Assembly (NCBI GenBank): GCA_963665125.2
Contig: CAXXUK010000001.1
Span: forward strand, 3,584,001 to 3,648,000
Origin: an uncultured Desulfarculus sp.
Lineage (GTDB): Bacteria; Desulfobacterota; Desulfarculia; Desulfarculales; Desulfarculaceae
Length of the DNA: 64,000 bases
Direction of reading: 5' to 3'
The position numbers and the translations under genes are program-made. This document shows positions 57,166 through 64,000 of this stretch, piece by piece. Under the pieces are notes generated by a model that ran no database searches, was not told the origin of the DNA, and saw only the letters and a program-made list of their open reading frames with translations. Positions within the stretch are counted from its first letter, which is position 1. The number at the start of each line of letters is the position of its first letter.

Positions 57166-58914
57166 ATGAGCATAATAACTGAGACTGGTACCAGAACTGA
57201 TTCTTCTCCCGATGATCTGACAGGCAGGGATGAAGAGAATAAAACTCCGGAAAAAAAGAAGGCAGCTGGTTTATCCAGGAAAGATTTGATATATATCGCC
57301 ATCCTGCTGTTATTGGGAGGCTTTATTTACTTTTTCCAGTTGGGAGCAATGACCCTTTGGGACACCGATGAAGCTCTGTATTCTGAGATCGCAAGGGAAA
57401 TGGCAAATACGGGAGACTATGTGTCAACACAATGGAATTATTCCTCCTGGTTCTGCCATCCCCCCATGTATTTCTGGTTGACAGTTTTATCAGCTAAACT
57501 GATGGGTTGGACGGAATTTTCCGCCCGGTTCACTTCGGCTTTTTTTGGATTGCTGCTTATTCTTCTTGTGTTTTTTATGGGCAAATTACTCATCAATTCC
57601 AGGACTGGCTTCTATGCAGGATTGATTACCGCCGCCAACATTCAACTGTGGGTTCAGTCCCGTATGGCAATTCTTGATATGCCCTTTCTCTTTTTTATCA
57701 TTGCTTCCGTTTATGCTTTTCTTTTAGCGGTAAAAGAGAAGAAAAGCATATTATATGCATTTTTCTGGATTTTTTCCGGACTGGCTGTTATCACTAAAGG
57801 GCCTGTGGGTTTCATTCTGCCTGCCATTTATGTCTTTATTTATATTGTAATTACTAAAAAATGGGAAGAAATCAAGCCAGTGATTCTCTCCTGGGGAATT
57901 CCCCTGTTTCTGCTTATTTCTGTTCCCTGGTATTGGTTGATGAGTGATATATATGGACAGCCTTTCATGGAAACCACATTTGGATATTTCTTTCTTAAGA
58001 GAATTTATGCTCCTGTTATGAATCAGGACGGACCATGGTATTATTACATACCGGTTTTCCTGGCGGGAGCACTTCCCTGGTCGGCATTCATCCCCCTTTC
58101 CTTCTATTTCCTGGCAAAGAATTTCTCCGATTATCGTGCCAGGTTTCTTCTCACCTGGATAACTTTTACTTTCCTTCTGTTTACTTTCGCAGGGACAAAG
58201 AGACCCAATTACATTCTTTTCCTTTACCCGGCTCTGAATATTGTGTTGGGTTGGGCGATGGACTCCATATTCTCCGAAGGGAAATTTAAAAAATCCTCCA
58301 CTATCTCACTTATTGCATTTTCACTGAGCACTATTGTGGTCATAGGTGCATTTATTATGGTGGCTATGAAGATCTATCCCGAGTACTATCAGAAATACGG
58401 TGGAAACCTTTTGCTTCTGACTTTACCGTTGATAACGGGAGGGATCATCACTCTGATTCTCACTTTTAAAAAGAAACAATATGCCTTTTACAGCATAGTT
58501 GCCATGGCTACTGTATCATATATGGTTCTTATATCATATATACCTCTGGTTCAGAGTTTGAAGCCCGAGCCGGAGATGGCAAGCATCATTCTGAAGATGC
58601 AAAAGCCCCATGATAAAATTGCAATGCGTGGTAATTTCGGAAGACAGTTTTCTATAATATATTATACAAATCAGCCGGTAATTTTTTATCATTCCGAAGA
58701 AGCTCTTATCAAAGGACTTGAACGGGAAAACGGTTTATTTGTAGTGATGCATCAGAAAAATTTCGAACGGATAAAGGACAAGTTCACTGTTCCTTATACA
58801 GTTATCCATCAGAGAGGTGGGTTGATACTTTTTTATAAAGGGAACACACTTATGAATTCACATGATAGAAATATTAGAAGGGATTTTAGCGGTAAAATCG
58901 AAATTCTGAGATAA
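57166..58914 (+). CDS. ArnT/PMT-like GT-C membrane glycosyltransferase
   Basis: DTDEALYSEIAREM, PPMYFW, ITKGPVG, SVPWY, PWYYY, TKRPNY. Confidence 0.9.
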   Translation: MSIITETGTRTDSSPDDLTGRDEENKTPEKKKAAGLSRKDLIYIAILLLLGGFIYFFQLGAMTLWDTDEALYSEIAREMANTGDYVSTQWNYSSWFCHPPMYFWLTVLSAKLMGWTEFSARFTSAFFGLLLILLVFFMGKLLINSRTGFYAGLITAANIQLWVQSRMAILDMPFLFFIIASVYAFLLAVKEKKSILYAFFWIFSGLAVITKGPVGFILPAIYVFIYIVITKKWEEIKPVILSWGIPLFLLISVPWYWLMSDIYGQPFMETTFGYFFLKRIYAPVMNQDGPWYYYIPVFLAGALPWSAFIPLSFYFLAKNFSDYRARFLLTWITFTFLLFTFAGTKRPNYILFLYPALNIVLGWAMDSIFSEGKFKKSSTISLIAFSLSTIVVIGAFIMVAMKIYPEYYQKYGGNLLLLTLPLITGGIITLILTFKKKQYAFYSIVAMATVSYMVLISYIPLVQSLKPEPEMASIILKMQKPHDKIAMRGNFGRQFSIIYYTNQPVIFYHSEEALIKGLERENGLFVVMHQKNFERIKDKFTVPYTVIHQRGGLILFYKGNTLMNSHDRNIRRDFSGKIEILR

Positions 58915-59043
58915 GCGAATTTTCCTGAGAAGCAAGGTTTTTCTCATTTACGGGCAAAAGGCGGTAAGAGGGAGAAACCTGACTTTTAATGTTTATATAA
59001 TTGCATCTTCAGATATTTTTAATCTGAGATAGGGAGAAAGGCT

Positions 59044-61752
59044 ATGCAAGAAACTGATGAAAATGTGAAGAAGTTTATAATTATTGACGGAAATGGATTG
59101 GCATACCGTGCCTTTTATGCTTTACCACCTCTGAAGACTTCACGGGGTGAGCCTATGAATGCTGTTTATGGTTTTACGAATATGCTCTATCAGATAATGG
59201 AGGAAGAGAAACCGGATTATTTGGCTGTGGCGTTTGATAAGTCAAAGCCGACGAAACGAATTGAGCAGTTTGATGAATACAAAGCGCATCGTCAGAAGAT
59301 GCCTGAAGAACTTCAGAAGCAGTTTCCATTTATTGAAGAGGTAGTAAATACCCTGAAAATTTCCATGTTCTGGAAAGAAGGATATGAAGCCGACGATTGT
59401 ATAGCCACTCTTACTGAAAATGCGGAGAAAGCGGGATTATTTACCAAGATCTATAGTGGGGATCTTGATATGCTTCAACTGGTTTCTCCTAACACACGAG
59501 TTGTCACTACAAGAAGAGGTATAAGTGATCTGGTTGTATATGATCATGAGATGGTTCGCAAACGTTATGGAATAAATCCGCCTCAACTGGTAGATTATAA
59601 AGCCCTTGCCGGTGATTCCTCGGATCATATTCCCGGTATACCCGGAATAGGCGAGGCAAGTGCTTCAAAACTTCTCAACCAGTTTGACAGAATTGAAACC
59701 ATGTATGAAAAGCCTGATGACATCCCCAGTCGTTGGAAGAAACAGATAATTGAAAACAGAGATCAGGCATTCCTTTCCAAGAAATTGGCTTCTCTAAATA
59801 AAGATCTGGATTTGAACTTTACCTGGGAAGATTTGAAGCTCAAAGAGCCTGAAAGAGATGACTTGAAACGTCTTTTCATAAAAATGGAATTCAAATATAT
59901 GCTTACGAAACTGGGATTCACTGAGGAAGAGTTGGAAGAAATTCAGGAGATTACCGTTCTCATAGTGGGTAAGGATGAAGACCTGGTGTCAATGGTGGAA
60001 AAGCTCAAGTCCGGTAAAGCATATTCAATGATCTGGATGGCGGAAGAAGAGCAACTCATAGGTCTTGCCATTGCTCAGGGTAAGACAAACGGTTTTTATT
60101 TCCCCTTTATGTTGCCCGAACACCTTAATATCTCTTCTACATTTGGAATCTCCACTTTTTCCAAAGACAGAATCTTTCATGAACTGAAACCCTTGACTGA
60201 TAATGTTGCAGTTCAAAAGTTCGTTTATGATCTGAAAAGCGGTATTCCATTTATTAAAAGAGGTGAATACTTCACGGGAAAGGGTTTCATTGACGTTGCC
60301 ATAGCTGCATATCTTTTGGAACCGGATACTCCTCCTAAAAAGTTGGAGACTATCCTGTCCCGCTATACCAATTTCCAGCCTAAAACTCTGGAAGATATAA
60401 TGAACCAGAAGAAATCTCGTAAAAAGATGAAAATAATCGAGGTTCCTCTTCAGGATCTTACCCTTTTCACAGCAGGAAGAGCTGTCCGGGTTAACAAGAT
60501 GGGACCGGAACTGCTTAAAAAGCTGGAAGAAGAGGATATGCTAAATACCTTTAATGAAATTGAAATGCCGCTGGTAACGGTTCTCGCCGCCATGGAGGGC
60601 AGAGGAATCAAGATTGACAAAAACATTCTTAAGATGGAAACCAGAAAGCTGGAAAGGGAAATTGAAGCGGTAGCTCTTGAGATATTCGAGATAGCAGGAC
60701 ATTCTTTCAATATTAATTCTTCCAGACAGCTGGGGAAAGTATTGTTTGAAGAACTTAACCTTCCCGGAGGAAAGAAGACCAACACGGGATACAGGACCGG
60801 CGCTGAGATTCTGGACAAGATTGATGTGGATCACCCAATTGTGGAGAAGATTCTGAAATACAGAGAAATTTCCAAGTTGAAGTCCACTTATGCTGATGCA
60901 ATCCTTAACCAACTGGATCCCATCAGCGATAAAATTCATGTCAGTTTTCACCAGAATACAAATCCTTTGGGACGCATTACAACCAGCTCACCGGGTTTTC
61001 AAAATGCTCCTGACTTTCTTTCAGGGATTCTCATTCCGTCGGATGCTGAGAGATCATTCCTGAAAGCCGAGTTTCGTGATCTGGAATTCCGACTGTTGGC
61101 GCATCTTGCGGGTGATGAGACACTGACACAGATATTTATGGATAAAAAGGATGCTCTGACAGAGATTGCCAACCTTCTTTTCAAACCGGCAGAAGGCGAA
61201 GTTACTGAGAAGATGAAGCATGATACAAATGAGGTCTTATGGAATGTCATCAATGGTGTGTCTGCTCACGGTCTGTCTCAAACTCTGAGTATCAAGAGGA
61301 ATGAAGCAAAAGACCTTCTTAATGAATTCTTTGTGCAATTCCCGGGAGTCCGGAAGTATTCCGACAGAATTATGGAATCTGCCAGGAAAGATGAATTTAT
61401 TCTTTCTCTTCTGGGCAGAAAAAGATACATTCCCAACATTAACAGTCAGAATAAAAACATGCGTTCCATGTCTGAGAAAATCGCAATCAGCACTCCCATT
61501 CTTGCAGGAGCTGCCGATGTAATAAAAAAATCACTGGTGGATATCTTCGAGGGAATAGTCCGCAATCACAGAGATATTCATATTCTCCTGCAGATTGAGA
61601 ATGAGATTCTCTTTGAGACCAAGAAGAGAAGACTGGAAAAATACAGTCTTGAAATCAAGAGGGTTTTGGAAAATACTATCAAATTAGAAGTTCCATTGGA
61701 TGTAAAAATTTCCCAGGGAACCAACTTTCTGGAATTAAGGAACAAAGTTTAA
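59044..61752 (+). CDS. polA: DNA polymerase I homolog: intact 5'-3' nuclease, degenerate polymerase active site
   Basis: IDGN..YRAF, EADD, SGDLD, GDSSDHIPG; polymerase motifs read EFRDLEFR, KHDTNEVLWNVING, LQIENE. Confidence 0.9.
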   Translation: MQETDENVKKFIIIDGNGLAYRAFYALPPLKTSRGEPMNAVYGFTNMLYQIMEEEKPDYLAVAFDKSKPTKRIEQFDEYKAHRQKMPEELQKQFPFIEEVVNTLKISMFWKEGYEADDCIATLTENAEKAGLFTKIYSGDLDMLQLVSPNTRVVTTRRGISDLVVYDHEMVRKRYGINPPQLVDYKALAGDSSDHIPGIPGIGEASASKLLNQFDRIETMYEKPDDIPSRWKKQIIENRDQAFLSKKLASLNKDLDLNFTWEDLKLKEPERDDLKRLFIKMEFKYMLTKLGFTEEELEEIQEITVLIVGKDEDLVSMVEKLKSGKAYSMIWMAEEEQLIGLAIAQGKTNGFYFPFMLPEHLNISSTFGISTFSKDRIFHELKPLTDNVAVQKFVYDLKSGIPFIKRGEYFTGKGFIDVAIAAYLLEPDTPPKKLETILSRYTNFQPKTLEDIMNQKKSRKKMKIIEVPLQDLTLFTAGRAVRVNKMGPELLKKLEEEDMLNTFNEIEMPLVTVLAAMEGRGIKIDKNILKMETRKLEREIEAVALEIFEIAGHSFNINSSRQLGKVLFEELNLPGGKKTNTGYRTGAEILDKIDVDHPIVEKILKYREISKLKSTYADAILNQLDPISDKIHVSFHQNTNPLGRITTSSPGFQNAPDFLSGILIPSDAERSFLKAEFRDLEFRLLAHLAGDETLTQIFMDKKDALTEIANLLFKPAEGEVTEKMKHDTNEVLWNVINGVSAHGLSQTLSIKRNEAKDLLNEFFVQFPGVRKYSDRIMESARKDEFILSLLGRKRYIPNINSQNKNMRSMSEKIAISTPILAGAADVIKKSLVDIFEGIVRNHRDIHILLQIENEILFETKKRRLEKYSLEIKRVLENTIKLEVPLDVKISQGTNFLELRNKV

Positions 61753-61839
61753 ACAATATTACAACCTTTATACCAAAGGTGGTGACGATTGGCAATAATA
61801 AACTTAACTATAACTACAGGCATTTGAAAGGAGTATTAC

Positions 61840-63054
61840 ATGGACGAGCAACAAGAGATTCGACAGGAAGAAAATGATAAGAAGACTACTATGGCTGATT
61901 ATGAGGATTATGAAAAGAGTTTCATATCCATTAAAAGAGGCAGTTATTTGACCGGAAAAGTTGTTAAGCTTGATGAAACCGGTGTTTATGTCGATATTGG
62001 GTACAAGCAGGAAGGCTTCATTCCCATCAATCAACTTACTCACAAACGAATTCTCCATCCCGACGAAATTCTGAAATTGGGAGAAGAAATCCCCGTTGTA
62101 GTTCTTAAGGTTGAAAATGATTTGGAAGGTGAGTTGATACTTTCTAAAAAGAGAGCAGATCTGGAAACAGCTTGGAGAAATATCACCAAAGCTCACGAAG
62201 AAGGCTCAATTGTCACAGCTACAGTGGTTGAGAGTGTCAAGGGCGGCTTGCTGGTGGATATGGGACTTCGAGGCTTCATTCCCGCTTCGCAGGTTGATGT
62301 GAGACCGGTAAAGGATCTGTCCGATTTTGTTGGTGAAGCTCTTCGTTTAAGGGTAATCGAACTGGACAAAGCCCGGAGAAAAGTTGTCCTCTCACGGAAA
62401 AAGGTTCTGGAAGACGAGAGAGTCCGCATGAAGGAAGATACGCTGGGAAGCCTTTATGAGGGTCAGATAATATCCGGTAAAGTGGCGAGAATAACAAATT
62501 TTGGAGCATTTGTAAACCTGGGCGGAGTTGATGGCCTGGTTCATATTTCCGAACTTGCCTGGAAACGGATCAAACATCCTTCCGAGGTAGTTAAGGTTAA
62601 TCAGGAAGTAGATGTAATGATTCTTAAAGTTGATAAGAAGAGAGAAAGAATTTCCCTCTCATTGCGTCAGGCAATGCCCGATCCCTGGTCATTGATAGAA
62701 GAAGAAATGAAACCTGGAGATATAATCAAGGGAACGGTTACAAAAATCGCCAAGAAATATGTTTTTGTTGAGATTAAAGATGGAGTCGAGGGAGTAATCC
62801 CCTTCCATGAGTTATCTGATGGAAAACTGGTGAAACCCAATGAGTTGGTATCCGAGAACCAGGAAATAAGTGTAAGGGTTCTTGAAATCAAGGTGGATGC
62901 CCGCAGAATCCTTCTTTCTCTGAGACAGGTAGACGGCAGATCAGAAGTGGAGCCGGAAGAAAAGGCTCGTTATTCCACTTCACAACCTTCAGGAGCCACC
63001 ATTGGAGATATTCTTAAAGCAAAATTAAAGGAAAATCAGGATAAAAGTATCTAA
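61840..63054 (+). CDS. rpsA: 30S ribosomal protein S1 (four S1 domains)
   Basis: VDIGYKQEGFIP, GLRGFIPASQ, FGAFVNLGGVDGLVHISEL, GVEGVIP. Confidence 0.92.
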   Translation: MDEQQEIRQEENDKKTTMADYEDYEKSFISIKRGSYLTGKVVKLDETGVYVDIGYKQEGFIPINQLTHKRILHPDEILKLGEEIPVVVLKVENDLEGELILSKKRADLETAWRNITKAHEEGSIVTATVVESVKGGLLVDMGLRGFIPASQVDVRPVKDLSDFVGEALRLRVIELDKARRKVVLSRKKVLEDERVRMKEDTLGSLYEGQIISGKVARITNFGAFVNLGGVDGLVHISELAWKRIKHPSEVVKVNQEVDVMILKVDKKRERISLSLRQAMPDPWSLIEEEMKPGDIIKGTVTKIAKKYVFVEIKDGVEGVIPFHELSDGKLVKPNELVSENQEISVRVLEIKVDARRILLSLRQVDGRSEVEPEEKARYSTSQPSGATIGDILKAKLKENQDKSI

Positions 63055-63077
63055 AGTTCTCCTTTATAACCTCTGCC

Positions 63078-63108
63078 CCTTTAGTCCCGGAAAAACCGGG
63101 ACTAAAGG
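63078..63108. terminator. Perfect 13-bp hairpin after rpsA
   Basis: cctttagtcccgg-aaaaa-ccgggactaaagg. Confidence 0.55.
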
Positions 63109-63165
63109 AATCTGAAGGTAAATATTTTTTGACAGGTTGGCCGCTGATATGCGGCCTTATTCATT

Positions 63166-63792
63166 ATGAGAAATAAAAATAAATACTTAAAAGATAAATA
63201 TATAATAGCATTGACCGGAGGTATAGCTACCGGAAAATCTTTGGTTTCCCAAGCTCTTATGGATCTGGGAGCTGAATTGGTAGATACTGATAAAATCGCA
63301 AGAGAAGTGGTTTCCCCGGGATCACCCATACTGAAAAAAATCATGGAAACCTGGGGGGAAAGTGTTGTTAATCCTGATGGTACATTAAACAGGAAGAGTC
63401 TTGGCAGTATAATTTTTTCATCGGAAAAGGATCGGGAAAAACTTAATTGCATCATTCATCCGGAAATCCGTCGTGTAATGTTCCACCAAGTTAGCTGTTG
63501 TAAAGGGAAGATAGTTTTTATCGATATCCCGTTGCTTTTCGAGTCAAAGGAGCCAATTCCTTATGATGAATCCTGGCTGATTTGGTGTGAAAAGGAACAG
63601 CAGATAGAGCGTCTTATGAGTCGGGATGGAATAGAGAGAGAAGAGGCATTGAAGAAAACGGGTTCTCAGATAGATATTAATGAGAAGAGAAAATTAGCGG
63701 ATGTGATAGTGGAAAATACCGGTACTCCTGATGAGACCAGGGCAAAGGTGAAACAAAAATGGGATGAACTGAAGAAACGATTCTCTGTATAG
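63166..63792 (+). CDS. coaE: Dephospho-CoA kinase
   Basis: ALTGGIATGKS, DTDKIAR, IIHP, DIPLLFE, RLMSRDG. Confidence 0.95.
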   Translation: MRNKNKYLKDKYIIALTGGIATGKSLVSQALMDLGAELVDTDKIAREVVSPGSPILKKIMETWGESVVNPDGTLNRKSLGSIIFSSEKDREKLNCIIHPEIRRVMFHQVSCCKGKIVFIDIPLLFESKEPIPYDESWLIWCEKEQQIERLMSRDGIEREEALKKTGSQIDINEKRKLADVIVENTGTPDETRAKVKQKWDELKKRFSV

Positions 63793-63822
63793 GAACTGTG
63801 ATTTATCAAGTCAGGACGCCTC

Positions 63823-64000
63823 CATTCGCATTCGGATAAAAAAGTTTGATTAAATTCCAGTATGTTGCAATATAGCAACCATGGTAGCCGGGTGGCCTTC
63901 ATTCGTGTTCGGATAAGAGAATTCGGCTAAATACTCCCATGTTCTAATTGTAAAGCCGGGTAGCCTGGGTCCCTGCCCCAGGCGATAATATAAGCCATTC
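63823..64000 (+). repeat. Tandem copies of the repeat unit at 48891
   Basis: cattcRYRttcggataa starts at 63823 and 63900; a further cattc at 63996 at the window edge. Confidence 0.75.

Noticed and set aside
63823..64000. CRISPR array
   Set aside because: The units are degenerate with irregular period (77 and 96 nt), the spacers are partly conserved, and no cas genes are present.

Overview
The window appears to join two unrelated DNAs at about position 48,100. Segment 1 (1 to ~48,100) is GC-rich and looks like the origin-proximal housekeeping region of a deltaproteobacterium (Desulfobacterota-like; taxonomy inferred from gene content). It holds the atpF'FHAGDC operon, bactofilin, mreBCD-mrdA-rodA, rpmH-rnpA-yidD-yidC-jag-mnmE-rsmG with two parS sites, a PAS kinase, trmFO, ddl, mobB, a short purH, a purD-purE fusion, tsaC, three tandem outer-membrane beta-barrels, a thiolase, a GGDEF protein, rtcB, yitT, a nitroreductase, gpsA, divergent gyrA and gyrB, and a truncated NtrC-type regulator. 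Segment 2 (~48,100 to 64,000) is AT-richer and full of REP-like palindromes. It holds the C-terminal half of a nucleotide-sugar dehydrogenase, a complete IS110-family element, a methyltransferase, mrp, a histidine phosphatase, crcB-DUF190, an ArnT-like glycosyltransferase, and polA-rpsA-coaE. Highlight 1 is the IS110 element (49031-51116), which can be read almost fully from the sequence: it sits in the loop of a REP-like hairpin whose empty paralog is at 53817-53872, its excised circle would form a TTGACT-17-TATGTT promoter, and a predicted bridge RNA at 50420-50567 carries guide segments matching both the rebuilt target and the circle junction, followed by ~550 nt more structured non-coding DNA. 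Highlight 2 is the full-length PolA, which keeps an intact 5' nuclease but has lost polymerase motifs A, B and C. All structures were predicted by eye; no database searches were run.
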